Program-made: the position numbers and the translations under genes
In this document: positions 37,264-48,862 of the stretch, one piece after another
Layout of the letters: every line of letters starts with the position of its first letter
Numbering within the stretch: the stretch's first letter is position 1
Assembly (NCBI RefSeq): GCF_038025025.1
Contig: NW_027117340.1
Coordinates: 62,001 to 126,000, forward strand
Source of the DNA: Phyllosticta citribraziliensis
Taxonomy: Eukaryota
Direction: 5' to 3'
Length of the DNA stretch: 64,000 nucleotides
The notes under the pieces: generated by a model
What the model saw: the letters and a program-made list of their open reading frames with translations, nothing else
The model's database searches: none
What the model was told of the DNA's origin: nothing

Positions 37264-38556
37264 ATGGCCGACGACGAGAGACCCAGCAAGATTCAAAAGA
37301 GGGAGCATGACTCTCCGGAAGGCGAGGCTTCATTCGCTCCCTCTGAGCAGCCTCAACCCAGCAGCGAAGCTCAACCCGAGATGGACGTCGACGCGGACGA
37401 AGCCAACGACGGCACCACCGCGGACCCCTCCAAGCCGGGCCCACCGCCGGGCATGACCAAATCAGCATGGAAGAAGCTCCGGCGGCAACAAGAGTGGGAA
37501 GCAGGGCGCGAACAGCGCAAAGTGGTGCGGCGCGAAAAGGCCAAGGCGCGCAAGCAGCGGAAGCGCGACGAATACGCAGCAGCGCGCGCCAATGGCGAGG
37601 CAGACGATGCAGAAGGCTCGGCGCCGCCGCGGCTGCATCCTCACAAGAAGGAGCGGCAGGCGCTGGAGAAGGCGCGCAACCAGCGCGCTACGCAGGTCCC
37701 CGTGACCATTGTCTTTGACTGCAGCTTTGACGACCTCATGATGGACAAGGAGCTCAAGTCGCTGGGGCAGCAGATAACGCGCGCTTACTCGGACAATCGC
37801 AGCGCGCGGTACCGCGCACACCTGGCCGTGTCGAGTTTTGGCGGGAAGCTAAAGGAGCGGTTCGACGGCGTCTTGGGCGGACACTACAAGGCATGGAAGG
37901 GGTTCCGCGTGTGCGAGGAAGACTATGTGGAAGTGGGGGAGCAAGCAAAACAATGGATGGCAGATCCAAAAACGGGCGGAAAGGTGGAGGGCGCGCTGAA
38001 GGGGACGACCGAGGACGGCGGCGAGAAGCCAGCAGCAGATGAGGACGCACCACAAGCAGACCACGACGCCCTCGCACCCCAAGGCGAAACCATCTACCTC
38101 TCCTCTGAAGGCACCGAAACCCTCCACACGCTCAAACCGCACCACACATACATCATCGGCGGGCTCGTCGACAAGAACCGCTACAAGGGTCTCTGCCACA
38201 AGCGTGCGACGGAGCGCGGCATCAAGACGGCCAAGCTGCCCATTGGCGAGTTTCTGCAGATGAACAGTCGCGCCGTGCTCGCCACCAACCACGTCAACGA
38301 GATCATGCTGCGCTGGCTCGAGTGCGGCGACTGGGGCGAGGCGTTCATGCAGGTCATTCCTAAGCGCAAGGGCGGCCAGTTGCGGAGTACCGGCGAGGAG
38401 GACGACGCGGAGGCAGAGCCCGATGCTGGTGAGGAGGCGAAGGAGAAGGACGGGCCCGCGCTGCAGGAGACGGGCGATGCTGGTGAGGAAGCGAAGGGGG
38501 GCGAGGAGGGCGATCTCGCTGCGTCTGAGCCTGCGAAACATGTCGAAGCAGCATAG
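37264..38556 (+). CDS. TRM10: tRNA (guanine-9-N1)-methyltransferase
   Basis: FDCSFDDLM..QITRAYSDNR, YIIGGLVDKNRYKG, TAKLPI..VLATNHV..VIPKRK motifs. Confidence 0.95.
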   Translation: MADDERPSKIQKREHDSPEGEASFAPSEQPQPSSEAQPEMDVDADEANDGTTADPSKPGPPPGMTKSAWKKLRRQQEWEAGREQRKVVRREKAKARKQRKRDEYAAARANGEADDAEGSAPPRLHPHKKERQALEKARNQRATQVPVTIVFDCSFDDLMMDKELKSLGQQITRAYSDNRSARYRAHLAVSSFGGKLKERFDGVLGGHYKAWKGFRVCEEDYVEVGEQAKQWMADPKTGGKVEGALKGTTEDGGEKPAADEDAPQADHDALAPQGETIYLSSEGTETLHTLKPHHTYIIGGLVDKNRYKGLCHKRATERGIKTAKLPIGEFLQMNSRAVLATNHVNEIMLRWLECGDWGEAFMQVIPKRKGGQLRSTGEEDDAEAEPDAGEEAKEKDGPALQETGDAGEEAKGGEEGDLAASEPAKHVEAA

Positions 38557-39452
38557 GTCGGCAGGGCTGAACCTTTCCAATCATATCCGTCATCCAGCCA
38601 GCCAGCCGGTCGGTCAGACCTTTCGCAACAGACATTACCGAAACCATCAACGACGCAGTCACAATGACAAAGCAGCATTGGCTATCCAACGAGATGTTAC
38701 CCTGTCACAGTAGACAAAGCGCTAAGCGGACAAGTGCGAAGAGCTTCTGTTGCCATCATAAGTAAGATAGATATGTCATCTTAGCTACCATACATAGATA
38801 GCCAGGCGTCGAGGCCGTAAGCTCGACGGCAAGCAAAGTAAACGCAACTGGATAAGACGAGGAAAAGTGCAAACCTGACCTGTTTGTCCCTCGCGACCCG
38901 GACCCCTACAAAAAGATCAAAACGCCAGTCCTAATGCCATGCCCACCCCGAGCGCCACGGCGTGCACGACTTGCATGCGTGCCTCAAAAGCGCCACCACA
39001 GAAGAAGGAGAAGGGGACGAAAAGGTTGCAAAAAAAAAGGGGGGGAAATAAGAAGGAAAAGAAAAAGTTGAATGGAAAAGTCGGACGGAGAAAGGGACAT
39101 GGAAGAAGGGGTATGACAACAGAACCAAAAGAAGTGGGAGATGGAGAAAATCACGTACGGCTGTCTGCCCTGCCCGTCTGTGTTGCGCCCGCTGCCAGTT
39201 TGTCCTTGCTTGTTGCCTTTTTGCGGCGTGCGTGTGCCCTTCGAATGATCAAACAGACTAAACGCCTAGATATGCTGTGCCAACTGCGCTTGCGCCGTTC
39301 AGATATGTGTGATAGGAGGGTACGGTAGGACGCTTCCGTCATGACTATCGCTGGCTAAACGAACAAAAGAGGAAGGAGGAAAATCTCCGAATGAGATGGT
39401 TAGAAAAGAAGAAGAAGAGAAGATAATTGTGGGGGTTGTGAGATGTCGATTA

Positions 39453-40663
39453 TTAGATGCCAATGTACCACAGCTCGACGCCCAGGACGTCGAACTTGCT
39501 GCCCTCGTCGCTGAGCGGCTCGTTGCCAAACGTCGGACAAGAGTCGGAGACGCCGTTTTCGAGGTTGTCGTCGAGCCAGAGGCCGTAGTGGCCGTCACTA
39601 CACGCGTCGAGTCAGCACTTTCAATCCCTGTTACGTCATAGGGGACTGCTGCTTACCCTCCTCCTATGCTCAAAAAGCCCTGCTCGCAGAAAATCATGTA
39701 GTCGTTGACGCCGCTGTACGGAAACGCCTTGAAGCGTATGCGCTCGGGGGTGCTGGTGCCGCTGCCGTCCAGACTGCCCGGCCCGCTGCCGTTGAGGTGT
39801 TGTTTGGGCTGGACGACGCTCGTCATGCGGACCGCGTTTGTCGTGTCGGCGCTGGGCGGCGGGGGCAGGCTGGCCAGGGTCGGCAGCGAGGGCAAGACGT
39901 GCGCGCGCCAGAGGAAGCACTCGCCCGTCCCGTAGAAGTGTGGTGATGGGTGCGGCGGGTCTGACAGGTACGCGCCGAAGACGCCGCCGCCGCCGTCGCG
40001 CACCACCAGCACGTAGCCGCCCCGTTTGCCCCGCAGCTCGGACACGGATTGGTATAGCGTTGATAGGCTGACGCCGTCTTGTTCGAGCGAGTATACTAGC
40101 CGCCAGTCTTCGACGAGCTGGAGCCGTGGTGGGATGAGCAGCCGGATTTCCTCGGCGAGCTGGCGCGAGAGCAGGCGGCTGCGTTCGCGTGTCGTGTCAC
40201 TCCAGCCAGACAGCGAGAGCGGGGTCAAGGGCGGTGGCTGAAAGGGCGAGATGTTGCGGCGTGGCGGGGTGTAGAGGCCGGGGATGGTCGAGGTGTTGGG
40301 CTGGAGGCCGCCGTTGGTGTTGTGGCCGCGGGGCGCGGTTGGGTCGGTGCTGATGCGCCGGAGGAGGCCTGTCACGGTCTTGGAGACGGGGTACATGAAG
40401 AACGAGGCGGCGGAGAAGACGTCGGGAGGGTGGAAGGGGAGGGGCAGGGCGGAGGTTGAGCTGGCCGGGGTCAATTCGGCGGGAGATGTCGAGGCGTGTG
40501 CAAGGTGGTCTCGGTCGTATTCGTCGTCGTCGTCGTCTCCAAAGTCAATGAGGTTTTCGGATTCGTCGAGTGGAGGAGGGTGGTGGTGGTGGTCCGGCCT
40601 GGGCTTGGTGGAGAGGTTGCCAGTGGAGATGTCTAAATCTGGTTCTGTGGCCGAGGACGCCAT
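39453..40663 (-). CDS. OXR1: Oxidation resistance protein 1 (TLDc domain)
   Basis: WRLVYSLEQDGVSLSTLY, FGAYLS, YGTGECFLW, GHYGLWLDD..CPTFGNEPL; intron 39598-39656. Confidence 0.93.
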
Positions 40664-40995
40664 GGTGTGAGTGTGCGGTGATCGCTGACTTGCAGAGCAG
40701 TTGGTGCGGAGTACGAGTACTGATGATTGATTGAAGCAGAAGAAGCAATTACAACTGAACGGTGCGTGGCGGGGCTGGAAATGCGTGGTGAGCTTGCGAG
40801 GAGGTGTTGTGCTCGCAGGCAGTTTCACGGCCGCCAAGCAGAGCCACTCCCGTCTCCCGTCGTCCGCTCATAGGGCTGCCTTGAACTCTGTCGTGTGCTA
40901 TTTTGGTCCACTCTGCATCACCTTACTATCAGACTCAATTTCTCAACTATGCCCACTACATTCAAAATCAAGCCGCTTCATTCCAATCACTCAAA

Positions 40996-42665
40996 TTAGG
41001 TATACCACGTCGGCACCGGCACCTCGCCCAACAGCGCAAACCTCCCCAGCTCGCGGTTCTTGTGCGCGACCGGATCGTGCACCGTGTGCGTCCTCAAGTC
41101 TCTCCAGAACCGATCCAAGCCCACCTTGCGGCTCGTCGCCTTGCTTCCCGTCACCTCGAAGATGCCGCTCGTCACTCTGAGGCCCGTATCAGTGGAAACG
41201 ACCTTCACGGCTGCCACCGTCTCGGCAAACTCGCCACGCTCCCGCGGCGTCAGCTCCCCACGATTGTTCTTGGTATAGTTGTACTGCTCGTACAGCTGCG
41301 TGGCGGCGGCATTGGCGCGGTCGGCGAGAGCGGCGGCCGCTGCCAGGTGCGCGTGGAAGTTGCCGTAGCGCTCGAGGATATAAAACTCGTCCAAGGCCGA
41401 CTCCTTTGGGTCGGAACTGAACGGCCACGGACGCGTGTGCTGGCGCGTGTACGCCGCTGCGGTCGACAGAGCGCCCTGCGCAATGCCAATGTAAAAGTTG
41501 GAAAATACGAGCTGGATTCTGTGGCGGAGGCAGTCTTAGCACCGTTCTGCTCATCTAGAATGGGGCTGATTTTCGACGCGTGCAAGAGAGCAACATGGGA
41601 GAGACTAACGAGGGAAGCAACAGGGACACGTATGGAATGTCCGACACTTCAGGGATCGGCCGCTTGGTCTGGGGGTTCCAGCCCAGCGCGTCGGTCCACG
41701 GGCTGACGACGTTTTCAATCTTGACGCTGCCAGACTCGGTGAGACGCATGCCAATGTTGTCCCAGTTGTGCGCAAACTGGATGCCTGGCTGGTTGGTTGC
41801 GACGACGGTGAAGATGTGGTCTTTGGTGCCCTCGAGCACGCCCTCGAGGACCGTCAGGTCCGACACGACACCGCCAGTGTTGAAGTTCTTGAATCCATTC
41901 CAGATCAGGGTGTCGCCGTCGGATTTGACGGTCAAGTCGCTGTCTCGCGGGTTGACGGCGCCGCCTAGGAAGAGATTGTTGGAAATGATGAATTCGTGCA
42001 AGGCTTCCGCTTGCTCTGGAGTCCCGACGACATTGACCGTGGCCGACCAGTAAAGCGAGTAGCCATAAATCATCCCGACGTTCCTGTGACGGTAAGCAGA
42101 CGTTGTTTGATCAAGGCTTGGTCGCGAAAGTTGTGGCATCAGGGGCAGTCTGGGAACACCATACGCCTCAACAGGCATCTGACAGGAGCATTCATGTCAC
42201 TCTGGACCAGAGTACGTGCTCGGGAGCATCCAGGAGCCTGAGAGAGAAATGACAGGGGGCATTGGAACCCTGATTCGCAAATCCCTCAGGATTTTGTATG
42301 CCACAACTCTTCTTACCAAGCCTTGGAAGGGGGAAGACTTACCCATCTCCTTGAGCAACCTCTCGGATGAGCCTGTAGCCAACGTGCCACGGTTTTCCGC
42401 CTCCACCGTAGCGCTTTGGACCGAGCACTTTGAGCAGGCCCGAGTGTTTGAGCAGAGCGACCTCTGCACGAGGCGACCTCCCCTCCTGTTCGCGCTGAGC
42501 AGCGTCTTGCTTCAGCACCTCCTTGACTTCAGAGGCACGAGCAAGCCACTCGTCGTCCGTGTCAGGCAGCTTGGCCCACAGCTCGCGATACTTTTCGTAG
42601 ACGGCGGGGTCAGAAGCAGGAAAGTGGCCATTGGCCGAGCCATTGGAGTGTCCGTTTGAAGCCAT
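40996..42665 (-). CDS. DszC/SfnB-like flavin-dependent monooxygenase (acyl-CoA dehydrogenase fold, desulfurising-enzyme family)
   Basis: GGAVNPRD, KNFNTG, WDNIGMRLTESGSV, GLDRFWRDLRTHTVHDPVAHK..PTWYT; introns 42084-42342 and 41519-41609. Confidence 0.9.
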
Positions 42666-43031
42666 TGTGGTGGGAGCAAGATTGGAGAGGCATTGAACAG
42701 CGGCAGACGTCTATTTACCTCGTCGCGGACCCTGCATGGCTAGCGAGCAGCTCGCAATCTGAGCGGGTTATGGTGCTGCAAAGCCAACAACGACGCCATG
42801 CCTCGACTTCCGCCATTCGATCGGCAGCGTGCCGTTATCGAGAAGTGGAGAGATGTGCCCCTCTGCGGAGCTTGAGCCAAAGTCAAAAGCGAGTGCTGGT
42901 AGGTTGTTGTGTCGTGATTGTCGACGGTGTCCCGCGTTGCGACATGACGCAATTCTCGGCCGGCTTTGCTCATCCATGCCCGTCAGGTCGACACGTGAGA
43001 GGCGCGGTTGATGTTGACATGCATTCTCTGT

Positions 43032-44027
43032 CTAATCCGTTGGCCGTCTGGCAAACGTCACGAACATGTCGTGATATGCGTGGATCTTGGGATCCTTTAT
43101 ATTCTCCCTCAGCTGGTCGATAAAGGCCCTCGCCTTTGCAACCTCCCACCCGAGCGCCCTCGTCGCCAGCGCCAACGTCCAGTCCTCCGACCCGTGCAGC
43201 AAATGCAGCCTGCTCCACCGTCCAATCTCTTTCAACTTCGGATCCGCCGGCCACTGCCCGTTGGGCCACACGTACTCGACCTGCTTGACGTCCTTGAAGC
43301 CGGCCTCGCCCATCCAGTCCTTCATGCGGTAGATGACGTCGCCGGGCTTGCCAGTGACGGCGCAGGCCCGCGCGCTCAGAGACGCCATGCTCGCCATGGC
43401 GCTGCCGGCGGGGATGCTGTCGTCGGGAGACTTGAATTCGTGGGACATTTCGACGTGCTCAATGTAACCACCGGGCTTGAGACAGCGCAGAGCGCGCGCA
43501 TAGAGCGTTGGCCATGAAGCGATGCACCCAAACAGGCTGCGGATGTGGATGAAGTCGAAGCTGTTGGGCGCGTAGGTCCACTCGTCGCTGGCGTCGTCGA
43601 GCTCGAAGCGGCAGTTGGTGGGCACGCATGTCGGCTGAGTGGGCGACAGGTCGGTGCCAATGACTTGTGCGGTTGGATTGCGCTCGGCGAATTCACTGGA
43701 TGGTGAGCAAAATGCAGTGCATGAGAAATTGATGGAGACATACATTGCCCACAGTCCCGTCCCGCATCCAATGTCCAGCACTCTGGATGCTCTCCTCGGA
43801 AGGGGCGCGAGGTGCAGTTTGTCGTCCAGCGTCTTCAACCACAAGTGGTGCGCAAGGTCGAGGTGCTCCTGGGCCTTTTCGTCGTTGGGTCCCCAGTACG
43901 AGCCGTCCTTGTAGGCGTGGTAGCGACGGCCATTCTCAAACCTGTAGTTGCAAGCGCTCGACGCGATGCTCGTCGTGTCGCTCGCGCCGTCGTCGACGTT
44001 GGAGGTCGCCATGGATGGCAATGTCAT
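43032..44027 (-). CDS. SAM-dependent methyltransferase (LaeA-like/TAM-domain family)
   Basis: YRFENGRRYH, PNDE, VLDIGCGTGLW, GTDLSPTQP, FDFIHIR, LKPGGYIE; intron 43696-43743; start may be 44012. Confidence 0.9.
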   Translation of the reverse strand: MTLPSMATSNVDDGASDTTSIASSACNYRFENGRRYHAYKDGSYWGPNDEKAQEHLDLAHHLWLKTLDDKLHLAPLPRRASRVLDIGCGTGLWAMYVSINFSCTAFCSPSSEFAERNPTAQVIGTDLSPTQPTCVPTNCRFELDDASDEWTYAPNSFDFIHIRSLFGCIASWPTLYARALRCLKPGGYIEHVEMSHEFKSPDDSIPAGSAMASMASLSARACAVTGKPGDVIYRMKDWMGEAGFKDVKQVEYVWPNGQWPADPKLKEIGRWSRLHLLHGSEDWTLALATRALGWEVAKARAFIDQLRENIKDPKIHAYHDMFVTFARRPTD

Positions 44028-45237
44028 GGTGCGGCCCGCCTCGACCGTTAAGAAGCGGAGGCCGTCTGCCTGCGGCCATCGCACAGCGAGCCATGGCCCA
44101 AGTCCCTGGGAATAGAAAAGGTCGCTTTATTGAAGCGGCCAGGGTGGCGGAGCGCCGTCGTCGCCCAGCTGGTCGAATAAGCCGTGCGCGTCGCACTGCA
44201 GGGCGAAGAGTGGGAGGACATCATGCCATTCGCACAGCGCGCCTGCTCCGCTTGTTGGCCCCGCCTGCCCTGGACAACAACCGCACTGCAAACCTCGACC
44301 TGGACGCTGCTTCCTTTTTGTTGTTGCTCGCTCATCACCCGAGATCCATCCATCTCGCGACTGACATGACCTCTTCTCGGCCTCTGCATTCTTCGCACGA
44401 CGCTGGGTGTTTTCGCCGTTCTTCCACCAATGCCCGTCGTCACCTTCTCTGTTGGTATAGAAAGAGCTGGGAACCATCGGGCGCTTCAAGGAACCATTCC
44501 TCAACCCACGGAACCAGGACTGGCCTGTTGGACCACTGCAAGGCCTTGAAACACCATGCTGCTTTCCAGCGTTAGGGCTTCGCCATCAAACGACACACCG
44601 CCGTGACGTCTGCGTAGCGAAAACAAAACGAACCTACCATCAACAGTGAGGCGGATTCGTGCAAGTCACGTGAAGGGACAGCTCCCGTCCAGAGACACAA
44701 ATTTCCTTGGTCCCTGACGAGGCTGCAAATCACCGTCGTCTCTGGCAAAATCCCAAAAACAAGGCTCATGGCAAATTGGCCGTCAAAGCTCCCACGACTT
44801 ACTGCGGGAGTACCTGAGCCAACATGGTCAGGGATGGAAGCAAAATCACCGTCCAAATTTAGCACCCTCTCGTCACCACATCTGTATGGCAGAGCGTGCT
44901 AAGACAATTTCCTCTTTGACTTTTGCACATCATGGCTCCTCATACCGGTGGCGCCACAGCTCCACAGCGAGCCGCTCCATCATGTCTTCTGTTGTTGCTC
45001 ACAACAGGTCCAACACACTGCAGTCAATCTCGTAAACCACAGCCGGGACAAACCTTGTCCACATCGACAAACTAAAACAACCGTTGTCGATTGGCCACAG
45101 CCACCAATGTTGAACATGTGGCTGTGAAATGGACACATACACTGCCATTGCTGGCGAGTGAAAATGGTCGCTAGACGCCGACATCATCTACCGTTAAAGT
45201 CGCTCCTTTTTGCTTTTTTGCATCAAAGACGTCCACT

Positions 45238-47173
45238 ATGCCTCTCTTTGCGTTCTTGTCTCTTGTGCACCTCTTATCCGCCACAGCAGTACTAGCCGCA
45301 ACGCCTCCGCCGGGCATATCTTTCCCCCGAGAGGCAGACGCCTTGCCCATCCTCAACCTACCATACGCCTCTTACCGCGCCAAGTCGTACAACAAGGACA
45401 AAGATGTGCGTTTGTGCGTTTCGTTGAATGCTACTGTTGCTCACACACTTCCAGTACTACCGTTTTGCCAATGTCAGGTTTGCCGCTGCGCCGACCGAAT
45501 CCTTGCGATGGCAGAAACCGCAGCCGCCACCCAAGGAATCGACGTTGCAAGATGGAAGCGTGGGGTCACAGTGCCATCAGGCGCAGACTAGCAACTGTAC
45601 TTTGTACCTATCCGGTGATTGAGGGATGTTGATGCTGACTTGAGTAGTTCTCTCGTGGTACTTTGAAAACAACCAGCCAGCTTCAGAAGATTGTCTCTTT
45701 CTCGACGTCTGGGTGCCGGGAAAGGCTGCCAGGGGAGAGGTCAAAGACTTGCCTGTCTTGGATTTCATCTACGCGGGCGGTTATGGTACGTTGACCCGTC
45801 CCCTCTTACTTCCCATACTCACGTGCTTTAGTCTTCGGATCCAAGGATTGGTTCTTGTAAGTCTGATTATTGAGTCTGAGATGCCACTAACTCCAAAAGA
45901 TATGACACCGGGTTGTGGCTCGAAAATTCAGACAACAATTTGATATACGTCGCTGGCAACCACCGAGTAAGTGATGATTTTTCAGCAAGAGTTGATACTG
46001 ACCTTCTAGCTTGGGGCTTTTGGCTTCTTGGCCGGACCAACCGTTGAAAAAGAAGCCACCTCCAATTTGGGCTTGCACGATCAGCGAGCAGTTTTGCAGT
46101 GGATTCAAGATTACATTTATCTGGTCGGCGGTGACAAGAACAGGGTCACTCTTTGGGGACTCTCGTCAGGAGGAAGCTCCATCATGCACCACGTCATCGC
46201 CGAAGGCGGCAAACTCAACCCCCTTTTCCAGCGAGCCGTACTGCACAGTCCGGCCTTCTTACCCATCTACGACCAGACCACCATGGAAACTTCATTCCAA
46301 AACTTTGCAGACAAGGTTCAGTGCCGAGGAAAAGGCATCGAGTGCCTCCGCAAAGTCCCTGTGGATGCTCTCCAAAAAGCCAACCAGGACACTGTCCTAA
46401 ACGCGCCGGTCGGCCAGTTTGGATTCGGCCCAGCCATCGACAATACCTTCATCCGCGACCTTCCACTCAACGAGCTGCGCAAGGGCAACTTTGCGCGCGG
46501 CATCCCGCTGCTAATGTCGCACCACAAAAACGAAGGCCTCACATTTGCGTCGAGCGTCAAATCGGACAAGGACTTTGACAATCTCGTCGCCTCGAACTTT
46601 CCCAATATCACGGCATCCGGCAAGGACCAGCTCAATGCGCTTTACCCAGACAAGCCCGGGCAATCCGCCTTCCGCCGCACCGCGCACTTCGTCGCGCACT
46701 ACGCCGTCAACTGCAACGTGCGCGCCATGGCAGCGGCGTACACGCAAAACGGCGGCTCAGTGCACGTCTACCGTCTCTCCGCCCTGCCCGCTGTGCACGG
46801 GCTGGACACGTTCTTCAACTGGCTGCGGCCGGGTATCTCGGTACACAAAAAGCTCGACTTCAACGCCGTGCTGCACCTGGACGAGAAGCCTGCGCTCTCA
46901 ATTGATATTGACATCAACTTTGACAACCCGCTGCATCGCGGCATCGCGAGCAAGGTCCAAAGCCTCATTGCGAGCTTCGCGCGCGATGCGGATCCAAACC
47001 GCTGGCGGCATAAGGGCATGAAGGAAGTGCCGCCCACCGAGGTCAAGGACGACGGCCTGCAGGTGCTTGACCTGGGGTACGAAGACGAGACGGTGGAGCT
47101 GGATGATCTGGCGCCGAAGAAGGAGTGCGACTTTTGGGCTGGCGACGTGTGGACGGGGCGAGTGCCGGCGTAA
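45238..47173 (+). CDS. Secreted type-B carboxylesterase
   Basis: Signal peptide; FANVRFAAAP, SEDCLFLDVWVP, LGAFGFLAG, NLGLHDQRAVLQW, nucleophile GLSSGG, NEG, HGLD; five short introns. Confidence 0.9.
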
Positions 47174-48862
47174 ACTCTTACCTGCACGCCCTATTCCATT
47201 GTAAGTACATGTCAGTATACAGACGGATAGGTAAGGATCGTACATATACGAGCGCAATAGCAACCTTGAACCTTTACAGCAATCTTGTACACAGCGCGGC
47301 GGCCTATAGGACGCGGTCTTTAGTAATACCTACCCGCTCAACGCCCTTGGGGTAAAGCATGTCACTATTTCTTCTAGAACGAGCATCCGGACGCCGCCTA
47401 CTCGTCCTTCCTTTTACCCTCCGCCGATCGCAACTCTGCTCTCGTCCATCCTGCATCGTCGGGGCTGGCGCGGGAAACACGTTTCCGCCGCAACTTCGCG
47501 TCGAGGACGACGTGCCTCGCAAAGGTATGTTGCATTCGCCTGGCTGCGACTCACGCAAACGAGTGGGCAGGTTTGCTGAAACAACGGTACGCGAGACGAG
47601 CGAGCGCGACGACTCTCGCATACTCTTACGCACATTTTTTCGTATTCCGACCCACGGGTAGCTTCGACGCCGTAGTCAGGCACACCACACCGCTACATCA
47701 TCTCAATCGGCGACAGGACTAGCTGTTGATTACTGTCGCCGCACGAAGTTTACTTGTGTATGCGTCCGCGAGTCGAGAGACGGAGCGAGAGAGAATAAGC
47801 GGCTGTCGCTGTGAATAAGGATTGCACAGCCACGACCCCCGCCAGGCGGTCAGTCTGCTTGTACTTTGAGGTGTATGGGGGTGGTGGGTAGGTGGTGGGG
47901 AGCACGGGCACGCCGTCTCCACGTGGTGCTTGCTTGCTTGCTTGCTTTCCCGCATGCATAGAGTTTGTTTGCTGTGGGCGAGACTTGCCTGTCTGCATGC
48001 CTATCTGCCTGCATGCCTGGCTCAGCCCTACACTCCACGCCCTCGTTCTGGGGAGCGGGCAGGGATGAGCTGGACGGCGCTGCGCGTGGGCCCTCGTGGC
48101 GAAGAAGCGATGAAGCTTCGCAGGCGACGGGGGTGCGCAACTTTAAATCAGGCGTGTGTGCTTATGGGGAGGTGAGTAAGCTGTCACAGGCACCTCTGCA
48201 GCGGAGAAAATCAGGATACAGAGGGACTTGCTGATGCTGATGTGTGGGGCCAGATGTTGCTTGGAGTCGACTTGGTCTTATCGACATTTGCTAAAGCGGA
48301 TCATGTTGGCTATCGACATCGCCATCAATCACGGCTTCAACGCGCCCCGCCCGCCCGCTCCAACCCAACCACCGCACCGCACTGCAGCAGATCGCGGACG
48401 GATGGCATGTGCGCGACAGGGAACAGCAACGAGCCAAACTGTCGCCGGGGGGCGCGAAAGCTAGTTAGAGTCTGGGGGCGCACACTCTCTCCGGGCGGCG
48501 GCACATTCGGAAAGTGCCCGCGGCAGCGGCTCACATGGCGCAATAAAAAAACGCGACGAGCCCATACAAGCTGTCGTGCTGTAGCATTGGCTGCTTTTTG
48601 TTGGAGCTCGATGTGCGCTCTCCCATCGAGAGATCAACTGAACGAGGCATGCTAAGAGTGGGGAGACGACGGCCTTATCGTTCCCGGCACCGCACTTGGC
48701 CTTCCACGCCATGACTATCTCTTGTCTTGATAACGCGCTGGCTGAGCCCGGCAGCGTCATAAAATATGGTATGTTCTCTTGACCTCTCTTTTCCTTCCTG
48801 TCTGCCTGACTGTCGTCCTTTCTCTGCATCGTTTGCTGTTCTCGCTTCTGCGCGCCGTCGTC

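Noticed and set aside
42084..42342. TPP riboswitch or C/D snoRNA as the explanation for the long intron
   Set aside because: No TPP core or terminal C/D boxes were recognised on the sense strand by eye; an Rfam search is still needed
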